NCBI GenBank assembly: GCA_965220545.1
Contig: CBDCQF010000006.1
Span: forward strand, 5,408 to 69,407
Direction of reading: 5' to 3'
From: Dehalococcoidia bacterium
GTDB lineage: Bacteria > Chloroflexota > Dehalococcoidia > Lucifugimonadales > QGNO01
Length of the DNA stretch: 64,000 nt
This document shows, piece by piece, positions 1 through 14,393 of the stretch. Position 1 is the first letter of the stretch. The number at the start of each line of letters is the position of its first letter. The position numbers and the translations under genes are program-made. The notes under the pieces are model-generated. The model did no database searches and was not told the DNA's origin. It saw only the letters and a list, made by a program, of their open reading frames with translations.

Positions 1-462
1 TTCCAGGAAGTTGGTGCTTAGTTTGCCGCCGTAAGTGTCCGGTATGTAAAGATAAGCTGCATGTTCGGTAATTGAGAGCTTCTCGTCGCCAAAATCTTGA
101 GCCAGTAGCTCTTTGACTTTTTCTGCCACCGGTCTCTTGCCAAACAATACGAAGAACACGCGCGATATGTCATACCCTTCCTTGAATGGATTATTGTCTA
201 GGACTTCCTGAAGCTGCGCCCTTGTCCGCACTATCACAGCCAGGTCCGGCCCAATTTCACTCTTGATAAGCTGGCGCACCTGCTCTTCTATCTGTTGAGG
301 AGAAAGCCCAGTCTCCACCAGAGCGTTGCCGCTTTGGATATATGTGCGGCTGTTTTGAAAGCCGGCCTCAGAAAGCGCCCTGCGCAACTCTGCCATCGGC
401 ACCTTGTTCTTACCTCTGGGCATCACGGCCCTTAGGAGGACTACGTAGGTCTTACTTGCCAT
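1..462 (-). CDS. DUF1697 family protein (3' end runs off the window)
   Basis: Manual translation of the minus strand from ATG at 462: MASKTYVVLLRAVMPRGKNKVPMAELRRALSEAGFQNSRTYIQSGNAL, the typical DUF1697 N-terminus; absent from the ORF track. Confidence 0.85.
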   Translation of the reverse strand, partial: MASKTYVVLLRAVMPRGKNKVPMAELRRALSEAGFQNSRTYIQSGNALVETGLSPQQIEEQVRQLIKSEIGPDLAVIVRTRAQLQEVLDNNPFKEGYDISRVFFVLFGKRPVAEKVKELLAQDFGDEKLSITEHAAYLYIPDTYGGKLSTNFLE

Positions 463-486
463 TGCACTCTGCCGGCAGGCGTCTCT

Positions 487-1764
487 TCACCCCTCGCCCA
501 TTGCCCGCACAAAAGCCTCGCGCATGCGGGGGCCCACCTGCTCCAGCTCCTCCACGCTTGCCGTGCTGAACGCCAGCCGTATGTGCGATGTATCGTCGTC
601 GTCTCCTTGCAGGAAGAACGTTGCCCCCACCGGGAAGATAAGCCCCAGCTCGGCGGCTTCTCGCATCAGGTCACGAGATTTGGGGCCTATGCACTCCACC
701 CAGAGGAAGAACCCGCCGTCCGGCTTGGTGAACCGCACGTACTGCGAGCAGTGCTCCTCCAGGCTGCGGCATAGCGCCTCGCACTTCGCTTTGTACAGCG
801 GACGCATCTCCTCCAGGTGCTCTTCCATCTGCTTAGACCCCACGTATTCTGCCAGCGCCCGCAGCAGCACCGGGCTGTTGCCCATGTCGTACTTCACCCG
901 GCTCAGCGCGTCTATGAAGTCCTCGCGACCCTGCACCCAGCCTATGCGCAACCCGGTAGCGATGGGTTTGCTGAAAGTGCCCACCTTCAATACACCCTGT
1001 CCGCCTGCCATGCCGTACAGCGACGGCGGCCGCCCCTCGCCGAAGTAGATGTCGGCGTAGGCCGCATCCTCCAGGATGATCACCTGGTGCTCGGCGCAAA
1101 GCTGTATAAGCGCCTCCCGCCTCTCCGCGGACATGGTTACGCCGGTGGGGTTGTGGAAATCGGCTATTGTATAGAAAATCTTGACCCGCTTGCCGGAGGC
1201 CTTTGCCTCCTCTATGGCGCGGGCCACTTCGTTCACCAGAACGCCTTGATCGTCTATGGGGACTGGCACTATATCCGCCATGTGCCCGCGTATCGTCCGA
1301 ATAGAACCGGAGAAAGAAGGCGCTTCCACTATCACTACGTCGCCCTGCTCCAGGAAAGCGTCGCACACGTTGGCTATGCCCCCGGCGCTGCCGTTGCTGG
1401 TAATGAAATTGTCCAGCGTCAGCGGCACCCCGTCTATGCGACTCCACCGCTCCGCCAGCGCCTCGCGCAGACCTTCGTAGCCCAGTACGCCGCCGTATCG
1501 CAGCGTCTCTTCCGGGGTCTCCAGGACGGCGTTTGCCAGCGCCTCTTGCAGGGCCTTGGCCGGCAGCGAAGCAGGGTCGGGGATGCCGCCCGCCATCGTT
1601 ATCGGCGTCTCCACCTCTGTGGTCAGCGTCCAGGCCACGCCGGCGTCCGTGGGAGTCCCTGCTCCAATCGCAATCGCCGACTCCGCCAGCAGGGAGCGTA
1701 TGTCCACTTCCCTCCAGCGCCCGGCCGCCTGATCCAGACCCTTGCTACGACGCACATCAACCAT
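487..1764 (-). CDS. PLP-dependent aminotransferase class I/II (LysN/ARO8-like)
   Basis: FHNPTG, ILEDAAY, GTFSKPIATGLRIGW (PLP lysine) and HIRLAFS motifs. Confidence 0.9.
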   Translation of the reverse strand: MVDVRRSKGLDQAAGRWREVDIRSLLAESAIAIGAGTPTDAGVAWTLTTEVETPITMAGGIPDPASLPAKALQEALANAVLETPEETLRYGGVLGYEGLREALAERWSRIDGVPLTLDNFITSNGSAGGIANVCDAFLEQGDVVIVEAPSFSGSIRTIRGHMADIVPVPIDDQGVLVNEVARAIEEAKASGKRVKIFYTIADFHNPTGVTMSAERREALIQLCAEHQVIILEDAAYADIYFGEGRPPSLYGMAGGQGVLKVGTFSKPIATGLRIGWVQGREDFIDALSRVKYDMGNSPVLLRALAEYVGSKQMEEHLEEMRPLYKAKCEALCRSLEEHCSQYVRFTKPDGGFFLWVECIGPKSRDLMREAAELGLIFPVGATFFLQGDDDDTSHIRLAFSTASVEELEQVGPRMREAFVRAMGEG

Positions 1765-1846
1765 TGACTGCTCCTGAATATCTACTTATTTCACTATGGC
1801 CTATATCTTATCCCCTGCGGCCCTCTTCCTCAAACCCAACATTTGA

Positions 1847-1876
1847 TTGACGCCCCAATTCCACGTCCACTAAACT
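1847..1876 (+). promoter_or_regulatory. Putative sigma70 promoter for acsA
   Basis: TTGACG-18 nt-TAAACT. Confidence 0.5.
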
Positions 1877-1990
1877 TGCATTGGACCGGTTGGACACTGC
1901 CCGCGAACCGTCTCGTCAGGCTCAGTTGGGAGCGATTTCGCGGGGGCATACCGACAACCACCGCCCGACTCAACGTCAAGGAGGCGTAGC

Positions 1991-3739
<1,749 letters not shown>

Positions 3740-3928
3740 CAGCCAGCACTCGGCTCACCGTTACTCTTGCTTGGTGCAGCCGCTCGACCGGCTGCGCTTG
3801 CATTGGACGTCCTTGCGATGCCGAATGTGGCTGAATCTTGCCTGTGTCGGTGTTCCTCCGTGTTCGTAGAATGAGGCCATTTCGTGCCTGTTACAGGCAT
3901 AAAACCGAATATTCCACAAACAGGGTAT

Positions 3929-3957
3929 TGCACAGCGCAACATTTTAAGCTTAAAAT
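3929..3957 (+). promoter_or_regulatory. Putative promoter with an overlapping perfect palindrome (possible operator)
   Basis: TTGCAC...TAAAAT; ATTTTAAGCTTAAAAT (3942-3957) is self-complementary and covers the -10 box. Confidence 0.45.
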
Positions 3958-3986
3958 CCCTTGTCTCCTAGAGAGAGAAGGGTTTT

Positions 3987-4811
3987 ATGACTCTATTCAA
4001 GCAGGCAGAGTACAAATCAACTCTAAGGCGAGAAAAGTCCAAGGAAGCAGTTGCCCTGGCCATGGAGAACCGCTGGGAGGAGGCGGTAACCGTCAACCAG
4101 GGGATCATTGAACTGTTTCCCCAGGACATAGAGGCCTACAACCGGCTGGGCAAGGCACACGTGGAGCTGGGCAAGTACGGTGAGGCCAGGACCGCCTTTA
4201 CCAGGGCGCTCCAGCTTTCGCCCAGCAACTCCATTGCTGAGAAGAACCTGGTTCGCCTTGCTCATCTCAAGCACGCCGACAATCAGCCCAAGAAGGCCCG
4301 CCAGTTTGCGCCCCAGTATTTTCTGGAGGAAAGCGGAAAGTCGGGCTGCGTGGTACTGGAGCGTCCGGCCGCACCCCACGTCCTGGCGCAGCTGTCCGCC
4401 GGTGATGCTGTAACTCTCCACGTCATGGAGAGAAGGCTTGCCGTGCTGGACAGCAACGGAGATTACCTGGGGCTCGTACCCCCGCGTCTGGCCAATCGAA
4501 TAATCCGGCTTATCAACGGCGGCAACCGGTACCAGGCGGCCGTCACCCGTCTCAGTGGAGGCGAAGTGACTGTCATGATTCGCGAGGTGTACCAGCATCC
4601 CACCCAGGTGGGCATTGCTTCCTTCTCAACTCGTGTACAGCAGGCCCCCGGCGCGGCCGCGGTCGACATAGATATGCAGGATGAGGATGAAGACATTCTG
4701 GACCAGGGCAACGCCGGTGAGTGGGATTATGACGAAGACGACGCCAGTCACTACTCCAAGGTTGCCTTCCTGCGACAGGCCTACGCCCATGCTGAAGAAG
4801 AGGAAGGCTAG
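3987..4811 (+). CDS. TPR-repeat protein with a C-terminal HIRAN-like beta domain and acidic tail
   Basis: TPR pattern AYNRLGKAHVELGKYGEARTAFTRALQLSPSN; C-terminal LSAGDAVTL...YLGLVPPRLANRIIRLI resembles HIRAN (inference). Confidence 0.7.
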   Translation: MTLFKQAEYKSTLRREKSKEAVALAMENRWEEAVTVNQGIIELFPQDIEAYNRLGKAHVELGKYGEARTAFTRALQLSPSNSIAEKNLVRLAHLKHADNQPKKARQFAPQYFLEESGKSGCVVLERPAAPHVLAQLSAGDAVTLHVMERRLAVLDSNGDYLGLVPPRLANRIIRLINGGNRYQAAVTRLSGGEVTVMIREVYQHPTQVGIASFSTRVQQAPGAAAVDIDMQDEDEDILDQGNAGEWDYDEDDASHYSKVAFLRQAYAHAEEEEG

Positions 4812-4878
4812 ATAGCTAGCCCTCCTCTTCTCAACTGAAGATTGCCCCTGGCGGTTGGCCTTTGCTACCATTCCGGCT

Positions 4879-5796
4879 ATGAATTCCGTCATCCACGCCA
4901 AGGATCTCACCAAGCGATTCGGTGATTTCACCGCCGTGGACAGCATCTCTTTTTCCGTAGGCCGGCAGGAGTGCTTCGGCTTTCTTGGTCCCAACGGCGC
5001 TGGCAAGAGCAGCACCATAGGCATGATTACCGCCATCTCGCCGGTTACGTCCGGCCACCTGGAGGTGGGCGGACTCGACGTAGTCAAGCGTTCCAGGATG
5101 GTGAGGCGCATTGTGGGTGTGGTGCCCCAGGAGGACACCCTGGACGGCGACATGACAGTGATCCAGAACCTCCGTGTCTACGCCCGCTACTACGATATGC
5201 CTTCCCCCCTGGCTCAGAGCCGCTCACGGGAGCTTCTCGATCTCTTCCAGCTTACCGACAAGGCAAACAACGAGGTGGATAGTCTGTCCGGCGGCATGCG
5301 TCGTAGGCTGCTCATTGCCAGGGCTCTGCTCCATTCACCCGCCATCCTCATTTTGGACGAACCGACCACCGGCCTCGACCCCCAGGCCAAGCACTTGGTG
5401 TGGCAAAAGCTGAGGCTGCTCAAAGCGCAGGGAACGACCATGCTGCTCACCACGCACAACATGGAGGAGGCCGCCATTCTATGCAATCGGCTTGTCATCA
5501 TGGACTACGGCCGCATTCTGGTCCACGGCATCCCCGCCGAGCTGGTCACGCAGCACGTGGGCAATGAGGTGGCCGAGGTCAGGTTCTCCGCCCAAGCCCG
5601 CGACGCTGTGACCAAACAGCTACTTGATATGGACATACCCTTCCAGGACGGCGGCGACCGCTTCTACGTCTACAGCGTGGACGGACAGCTTCTGGAGTGG
5701 TTGGCCTCAGATCACAACGTATGGTTAGAGCGCCGGCCCGCCAACCTTGAGGACGTCTTCTTCCGCCTCACGGGAAGGGACCTCAGGGACGAATGA
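4879..5796 (+). CDS. ABC-2 exporter ATP-binding subunit (NodI-like)
   Basis: Walker A GPNGAGKS, LSGGM signature, ILDEPTTGLDP. Confidence 0.9.
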   Translation: MNSVIHAKDLTKRFGDFTAVDSISFSVGRQECFGFLGPNGAGKSSTIGMITAISPVTSGHLEVGGLDVVKRSRMVRRIVGVVPQEDTLDGDMTVIQNLRVYARYYDMPSPLAQSRSRELLDLFQLTDKANNEVDSLSGGMRRRLLIARALLHSPAILILDEPTTGLDPQAKHLVWQKLRLLKAQGTTMLLTTHNMEEAAILCNRLVIMDYGRILVHGIPAELVTQHVGNEVAEVRFSAQARDAVTKQLLDMDIPFQDGGDRFYVYSVDGQLLEWLASDHNVWLERRPANLEDVFFRLTGRDLRDE

Positions 5797-6602
5797 GCGC
5801 CACAACCGTCGCGCATGTGGCTGCGGATAGGAGCGGGGTCCTGGGAAGCCTGGCCCGTTCCTTCAGGGTGTGGCAACGCAACAGGGACGCATTCTTGCGC
5901 GTTTGGAAAACCGAGTTTGGCGGCGTGGTGGCGGAACCGCTGCTCGTGCTCACTGCGGTTGGTCTGGGAATGGGCACCTACATCGGCGATATAGGAGGCC
6001 GCTCATACACCGAGTTTGTCGCCGCCGGACTGCTTGCCAGCTACGCTATGTTCGGCGCAACCTTCGAATGCACCTTCGGCACCTACATGCGCATGGAGAC
6101 CCGGCGCCTGTTCCAGGGAATCCTGGCCACCCCGGTCAGCGTGGACGAACTGGTGCGCGGAGAGCTCTTCTGGGCGGCTACCCGCTCCCTGATGCACGCT
6201 ACCGTGTTGCTTGCCGTGTCATTCGCTTTTGGCCTCACCCAATCGCCGTACGCCCTCTTGGCCTTGCCCGTCTCCATCCTAATCGGCCTCATGTTTGGCT
6301 CGCAGGCCATGCTTGCCACCTCTGTAGCCCCATCGATCAACAGCCTCACCAACTTCTTCACGCTCTACGTTGTGCCCATGTTCTTCTTCAGCGGTGTTTT
6401 CTATCCCGTGGACGGACTCCCTGAAGCTATACAGAGGGTAGCCTGGGTACTCCCCTTGACATCGGCCACGGAGCTGATGCGCTCCTTTGCCTACGGCGAG
6501 ATAGGGGCGCAAACCTTCCTCTCGCTGGCCATCCTCGTCGGCTTCACCGTCGTCTTCATCCCCCTCAGCATTCGCGGGATGCGGAGAAGACTGATCAAGT
6601 AG
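5793..6602 (+). CDS. ABC-2 exporter permease (NodJ-like)
   Basis: About six hydrophobic segments, PMFFFSGVFYPV motif, ATGA overlap with the ATPase gene. Confidence 0.88.
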   Translation: MSATTVAHVAADRSGVLGSLARSFRVWQRNRDAFLRVWKTEFGGVVAEPLLVLTAVGLGMGTYIGDIGGRSYTEFVAAGLLASYAMFGATFECTFGTYMRMETRRLFQGILATPVSVDELVRGELFWAATRSLMHATVLLAVSFAFGLTQSPYALLALPVSILIGLMFGSQAMLATSVAPSINSLTNFFTLYVVPMFFFSGVFYPVDGLPEAIQRVAWVLPLTSATELMRSFAYGEIGAQTFLSLAILVGFTVVFIPLSIRGMRRRLIK

Positions 6603-6613
6603 CGTGCCTCCTC

Positions 6614-6642
6614 CCGTCATTGCGAAGGAACTGAAGCAATCT
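6614..6642 (+). repeat. CGTC-tagged REP-like palindrome (degenerate)
   Basis: CCGTCATTGCGAAGGAACTGAAGCAATCT just after the permease stop. Confidence 0.5.
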
Positions 6643-6704
6643 GGCGGGGGAGGGAGGGTTGCTTTCGTGTGCCCGGTTTCCCCCTTCAAAAACCACCAAA
6701 ATTC

Positions 6705-6733
6705 TTGTAATTTACCACCGTATATGGTAGAAT
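6705..6733 (+). promoter_or_regulatory. Putative sigma70 promoter for gyrA
   Basis: TTGTAA-17 nt-TAGAAT. Confidence 0.55.
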
Positions 6734-6807
6734 TGTCGGGTTGAAACCACTACTTATTGAGCCTGAGAGCTATTATCAACAACATTATCTCCGGCTAAGG
6801 AAACCTT

Positions 6808-9378
6808 ATGACTAGCGAAACCGTCAGACCCGTACGCATCATAGATGAGATGCGTAACTCCTACCTGGATTACGCAATGAGCGTCATAGTGGCGCGCGCC
6901 CTTCCCGACGTGAGGGACGGGCTCAAGCCTGTGCAGCGGCGCATCCTCCACTCTATGGACGAGCTTGCCATGCGTCCGGGCACAGCCTACAAGAAGAGCG
7001 CACGGCTCGTCGGTGAGGTCATGGGTAAATACCACCCTCACGGCGACAGCCCCGTCTACGACGCTATGGTGCGCATGGCGCAGGACTTCTCCATGCGCTA
7101 CACCCTTGTCGACGGTCAGGGCAACTTCGGCAGCGTCGACGACGACCCGCCCGCCGCCATGCGCTACACGGAAGCGCGGCTCTCTCCCATCGCGCAGGAG
7201 CTGCTCGTAGACATAGACCAGGACACCGTTGACTTCTCGCCCAACTTCGACGGCTCCCTCAACGAGCCGGTGGTACTGCCCGCCAGGCTCCCCAACCTCA
7301 TCGTCAACGGCTCCTCCGGCATCGCCGTAGGCATGACCACCAGCATCCCCCCGCACAACCTCTCCGAGATCTGCGACGCCATCCTCCATCTCATCGACAA
7401 CCCTGAAGCCACCATAGATGATCTGATGGAGATTGTGCCCGCCCCGGACTTTCCCACGGGCGCTGTCATCCTCGGCCAGCAGGGCATAAGAGAGGCGTAC
7501 GAGACAGGAAAGGGACGCGCCGTGGTTCGCGCCAGAATGGAAGCGGAGGAGATGGCCCGCGGCGGACGCTACCAGTTGGTGGTCACCGAGATACCGTACC
7601 AGGTCAACAAAGCCACTCTCGTCCAGAAGATAGCTATGCTCGCCAAAGAGCGGAAGATAGAAGGCATCTCCGAAGTGCGGGACGAATCGGACCGCCACGG
7701 CATGCGCGTCGTCATCGAACTGCGCCGCGACGCCCAGGTGCAGCGGGTGATGAACAACCTGTACAAGCACACCGCCCTTCAGTCGGCCTTCTATATCAAC
7801 ATGCTGGCGCTGGTGGACGGACAGCCCAGAACGTTGCCCCTCAACTCCATCCTTCAGGAGTTCATAGATCACCGCATAGTAATAACCCGCCGCCGCTCCG
7901 AGTTTGAAATGCGCAAGGCCCAGGCCAGGGTCCACATCCTGGAAGGCCTACTCAAAGCCATCGACGATTTGGACAACGCCATCCAGCTCATCCGCAACGC
8001 CGCGGACGTGGAAGCCGCACGCCTGGCGCTCATGGAGAGGTACGCTCTTGATGAAGAGCAGGCTCAGGCCATCCTTGAAATGCAGCTCCGCCGTCTGGCC
8101 GCCCTCGAACGCAAGCGCATAGAGGACGAGTTCAAGCAGCTTAACAAGCGAATCGCAGAGCTCCAGGCCCTTCTCGCCGACCATTCCAAGGTTCTGGTGA
8201 TAGTGGCGGACGAGACCAGGAAGCTGAAGGAGAAGTTCGGCAACGAGCGCCGCACCCAGGTCACCGCGCAAGAAGCCGGCGACTTCACCAATGAAGACCT
8301 CATCCCGCACCAGGAGATCGTCGTCACCCTGAGCCAGCGCGGCTACATCAAATGCGTCCCCGCCGAGACGTATCGCAGGCAGCACCGCGGCGGTAAGGGC
8401 GTGCGCGGCCAGACCACCCGCGAAGACGACGCAATCCACGACCACCTGGTCGCGGATACCCACGACTTCCTCCTCTTCTTTACCAACACCGGTCGCGTCT
8501 ACAGAAAGAAGGTATATGAGTTCCACATGGACACCTCCAGGGTGTCGCGCGGTGTTCCCCTTGTCCAGGCGCTGAACATCCAGCCCGGCGAGTCGGTGCA
8601 GGCGATTCTTGACGTCGCCTCTTTCGATAGCGGCGAGGACATCCTCTTTGCCACCCGCATGGGGGAGATCAAGCGCATGGCCTTGGCCGCCCTGGTCAAC
8701 ATCCGTTCCAACGGAATCAGGACCATGGACGTTGAGCCCGGCGACCAGTTGGTCTCCGTACGGCTCGCCTCGGAATCGGACGACGTAATCATGGTCAGCC
8801 GGCAGGGCATGTCTGTCCGCTTCCCCGCCGTGCAAGTCAGGCGGAGCTCTCGTATCGCCGGTGGAGTGCGCGGTATGAGGCTCAAGGACGACGACATAGT
8901 GGTTGCCATGGATGTGGTTGAGAAGGACTGCGCCCTGCTCGTCATCAGCGAGCGCGGTTACGGCAAGCCCTCCCCCATGGAGCACTACCGCCCGCAGTCC
9001 AGGGGAGGCTTCGGACTGAAGACCTTCCGCATCACCTCCAAGAGCGGACCCGTGGCCACCGCCCGCGTGGTCAAAGAGGGAGAGGACATCATGATAATCT
9101 CCCAGAAGGGCCAGGTCACGCGCACCAACCTGAGCGAGCTGCGCGAGATCAGCCGCCGCACGCAGGGCGTCAGTATCGTATCCCTCCCTGACGACGACAT
9201 AGTGGTCTCCATTACCTCTATGGAGCCCAAGGCACGACACGCCAGAGATACCAAGCCGCGCCCCGCCGCAGGCAGGGAAGAGCTGGTTGTGGACATGGAG
9301 GCTATTTCCACCAACGGCCACGAGGCCATCTCAGAAAACGGCCACCTCCCAGGAGAAGATTTGCAGGAAGAAGGGTAG
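6808..9378 (+). CDS. gyrA: DNA gyrase subunit A
   Basis: [33 protein letters not shown] catalytic Tyr, GyrA box QHRGGKG. Confidence 0.97.
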   Translation: MTSETVRPVRIIDEMRNSYLDYAMSVIVARALPDVRDGLKPVQRRILHSMDELAMRPGTAYKKSARLVGEVMGKYHPHGDSPVYDAMVRMAQDFSMRYTLVDGQGNFGSVDDDPPAAMRYTEARLSPIAQELLVDIDQDTVDFSPNFDGSLNEPVVLPARLPNLIVNGSSGIAVGMTTSIPPHNLSEICDAILHLIDNPEATIDDLMEIVPAPDFPTGAVILGQQGIREAYETGKGRAVVRARMEAEEMARGGRYQLVVTEIPYQVNKATLVQKIAMLAKERKIEGISEVRDESDRHGMRVVIELRRDAQVQRVMNNLYKHTALQSAFYINMLALVDGQPRTLPLNSILQEFIDHRIVITRRRSEFEMRKAQARVHILEGLLKAIDDLDNAIQLIRNAADVEAARLALMERYALDEEQAQAILEMQLRRLAALERKRIEDEFKQLNKRIAELQALLADHSKVLVIVADETRKLKEKFGNERRTQVTAQEAGDFTNEDLIPHQEIVVTLSQRGYIKCVPAETYRRQHRGGKGVRGQTTREDDAIHDHLVADTHDFLLFFTNTGRVYRKKVYEFHMDTSRVSRGVPLVQALNIQPGESVQAILDVASFDSGEDILFATRMGEIKRMALAALVNIRSNGIRTMDVEPGDQLVSVRLASESDDVIMVSRQGMSVRFPAVQVRRSSRIAGGVRGMRLKDDDIVVAMDVVEKDCALLVISERGYGKPSPMEHYRPQSRGGFGLKTFRITSKSGPVATARVVKEGEDIMIISQKGQVTRTNLSELREISRRTQGVSIVSLPDDDIVVSITSMEPKARHARDTKPRPAAGREELVVDMEAISTNGHEAISENGHLPGEDLQEEG

Positions 9379-9423
9379 GAGTAAGCGCCGCCATCCATCT
9401 TCCGCCACTTCTCACGCCTACTT

Positions 9424-9454
9424 CCGTCATTCTCGTGCTTGTCACGAGAATCCA
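9424..9454 (+). repeat. CGTC-tagged REP-like palindrome
   Basis: CCGTCATTCTCGTGCTTGTCACGAGAATCCA; stem ATTCTCGTG/CACGAGAAT. Confidence 0.65.
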
Positions 9455-9485
9455 GCGGCAATTCGCATTTCACCAGGAGAGAAGC

Positions 9486-10415
9486 ATGAGCAACTTTGAG
9501 AAATTGCAGTCCCGTCTGGCAGCGGGTGAGACTATCTTGATGGACGGGGGTATGGGCTCGGAACTTGAGAAGCGGAGGCTGACAAACCCCGCCACGTGGT
9601 CGGGCGGCCCGATGCTCACCCACCCCGAGTTGGTGAGGGATATTCATCAGCAGTACATAGAGGCGGGCGCCGAGATTATCATCACGAACACCTTCGGCAC
9701 AGGGCGCGACATGCTGGAAGGGGGCGGACTGGGGCATAGGGTGGCCGAGGCCAACAAGCTGGGAATCGAAGCGGCGGTACAGGCAAGGAGAAACGCCGGC
9801 GCAGAGGACTCGGTGGTCATCGCAGCCTCCGTATCTACAATGACTCCCAAGGAACACGCGGAAGTTCCCGTGCCCTATGAGAAAGCCCTGGAGACCTACC
9901 GGGAGCAGCTGGGAGAGCTGGCCAAGGGCGGCCCGGACGTGGCGGTGGGCGAGATGTTGGTCCGGATATCGGATACGCTGGCGGTTATAGAAGCGGCGGC
10001 GGAGCTGGGTCTCCCAGTGTGGATTGGGCTCTCCCTGGTCCGGGATGGAGACGAGCTATACCTGGGCATCCGCGGCAGGCATGGAGACGGCGGGCACGCC
10101 GGCGAGACGCTTCAGGACGCGTTGGACGCCATGAAGGACAGGGATGTCGCGGCGGTGTTCGTGATGCACACACCAGTGGACGACACGGGGCCCGGGCTGG
10201 AGGTCGTCAAGAAGAACTGGCCCGGAACCTTTGGCGCTTATGCCCATTTCCCCGGCCACGGCTGCCCAACCCCCCGGGCGAATGCCATGGATCCACAGCA
10301 GTACCTGGAATGTGCCAAGGGGTGGAGAGAGCAGGGGGCGCGGATAATTGGAGGGTGCTGCGGGACGACCCCCGACCACATCCAGGCGCTCAGCGAGTGG
10401 CTGTCCGGCTCTTAA
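9486..10415 (+). CDS. Homocysteine S-methyltransferase family protein
   Basis: LMDGGMGSEL, AGAEIIITNTF, IIGGCCGTTPDHI; start placed after the AGGAG RBS. Confidence 0.88.
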   Translation: MSNFEKLQSRLAAGETILMDGGMGSELEKRRLTNPATWSGGPMLTHPELVRDIHQQYIEAGAEIIITNTFGTGRDMLEGGGLGHRVAEANKLGIEAAVQARRNAGAEDSVVIAASVSTMTPKEHAEVPVPYEKALETYREQLGELAKGGPDVAVGEMLVRISDTLAVIEAAAELGLPVWIGLSLVRDGDELYLGIRGRHGDGGHAGETLQDALDAMKDRDVAAVFVMHTPVDDTGPGLEVVKKNWPGTFGAYAHFPGHGCPTPRANAMDPQQYLECAKGWREQGARIIGGCCGTTPDHIQALSEWLSGS

Positions 10416-10482
10416 CCTGGCGTCAGGCAAGCTGATGGACCATATATGACAACGTCTTTATCAAGAATATTGCCAATGTTAA

Positions 10483-10511
10483 TTGACCGAAAGTGGCAAA
10501 ACAGTTATAAT
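10483..10511 (+). promoter_or_regulatory. Near-consensus sigma70 promoter for the cbpA-hspR-clp operon
   Basis: TTGACC-17 nt-TATAAT. Confidence 0.7.
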
Positions 10512-10530
10512 GTTCCCTGGGTATATGGAG

Positions 10531-11385
10531 ATGAACGGCAACTATTACCAGACCCTGGGCATCAAGCGGGAAGCCTCCGACAAAGAGGTCAAGCAGGCGT
10601 TTAGAAGGCTTGCCCGCAAATACCATCCCGACGTGAATCCCGGCGACAAAGCCGCGGAAGACAAGTTCAAGGAGGTCAATGAGGCTTACGAAGTCCTCTC
10701 CGACCCCGAGAAACGCCGCAAGTACGACCAGTTCGGTCAGAACTGGAAATACGCCGACCAGTTCCCACCCGGCGGATTCCAGGCGCACACAGGGCCAACC
10801 GGCGCTACATTCAACTTCTCCGACCTGGGCGGCTTTGGTTCCATCTTTGGAGAGATGTTCGGCAGGAGAGGGGGCGCTCGTACGGCTCAGCGCTCCACGG
10901 TAGAGGTAAAGGCGGACGTCTCACTAGAGGAGGCCTATAGCGGAGCAATCAGGACGGTGCGGCTCCCTGGCTCACAGGGCAAACGCCTTGAGGTCCAGGT
11001 CCCGCCCGGTGTCGATAACGGTTCCAGGGTACACGTCACCGCCGGAGACACAGAGCTATACCTGGTGACGAGGGTCGTTCCTCACCGCAGATTTACCCGC
11101 AAAGGCGCAGACCTGTATCTGGACCTCTCTCTGCCACTGGTCGACGCCGTCCTTGGCAGCGAGCAGGAGGTACCGACCATCAAGGGAAAGGTCATGCTGA
11201 CCGTACCGCCGGAAAGCCAGAACGGCCAGATGTTCCGGCTCAAGGGGCAGGGCATGCCCCATCTGGGCCGGTCGGACCAGCGGGGAGACCTCTTTGCCAC
11301 TCTGAAGGTCATGCTCCCCACCAATCTCACAGAGCAGGAGCGCGACCTCTTTGGCAGCCTCAAAGAGCTCCGCACCGCTAAATGA
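10531..11385 (+). CDS. DnaJ-class chaperone lacking the zinc finger (CbpA-like)
   Basis: J domain with HPD ([10 protein letters not shown]), G/F region, DnaJ C-terminal domain, no CxxCxGxG repeats. Confidence 0.9.
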   Translation: MNGNYYQTLGIKREASDKEVKQAFRRLARKYHPDVNPGDKAAEDKFKEVNEAYEVLSDPEKRRKYDQFGQNWKYADQFPPGGFQAHTGPTGATFNFSDLGGFGSIFGEMFGRRGGARTAQRSTVEVKADVSLEEAYSGAIRTVRLPGSQGKRLEVQVPPGVDNGSRVHVTAGDTELYLVTRVVPHRRFTRKGADLYLDLSLPLVDAVLGSEQEVPTIKGKVMLTVPPESQNGQMFRLKGQGMPHLGRSDQRGDLFATLKVMLPTNLTEQERDLFGSLKELRTAK

Positions 11386-11744
11386 GGCAATACATGAATA
11401 CTCACGACGAACCCATATACGTAATCAGCGTGGCGGCGCGCATGCTGGGAGTTCACCAGCAGACCCTACGCTACTATGAGCGCGCCGGCTTGGTAGTGCC
11501 ATCTCGCTCTCAGGGCAACCGGCGCTACTACTCCGAGCGCGACCTGGAACGGCTGCGCCGCATCAAAACGATGATGGACGACATGGGAATGAACCTGGCG
11601 GGAGCGGAGGTAGTCCTGCGCCTTACCGAGCGTATCGCAGAGCTGGAGGCCCAGCTTCAGCGCCTCGCCTCCGAGTTGAATAGACTGCGACTCAGTAGTC
11701 GTACGCCCGCCCTGACTGAAGGCAGCGGAAATGATCAGTCGTAA
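11382..11744 (+). CDS. hspR: MerR-family heat-shock repressor, HspR-like
   Basis: [45 protein letters not shown]...GMNLAG; lies between a J-protein gene and a Clp gene. Confidence 0.8.
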   Translation: MRQYMNTHDEPIYVISVAARMLGVHQQTLRYYERAGLVVPSRSQGNRRYYSERDLERLRRIKTMMDDMGMNLAGAEVVLRLTERIAELEAQLQRLASELNRLRLSSRTPALTEGSGNDQS

Positions 11745-11799
11745 GAGTCGGCGCCGATCCAAATTCACGGCGAAGCCAGGATAGGATAGGAAGGGAGAA

Positions 11800-14247
<2,448 letters not shown>

Positions 14248-14393
14248 AAAATATCAACACGAGGTGTCACCCATGTTTAATAACATAAGATTAACTGCAC
14301 AAGAACCTGCTTGTGAGGTCGGCTTCAGCGTATTACGACAGAGTAAGTCGTGCTTGTTCTTTGCAAGAGAAAATATCTCTGTGGGGGTATTAA

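Noticed and set aside
3740-3833. tRNA gene
   Set aside because: Branched fold, but no TTCGA T-loop, no D-loop consensus and no proper acceptor end
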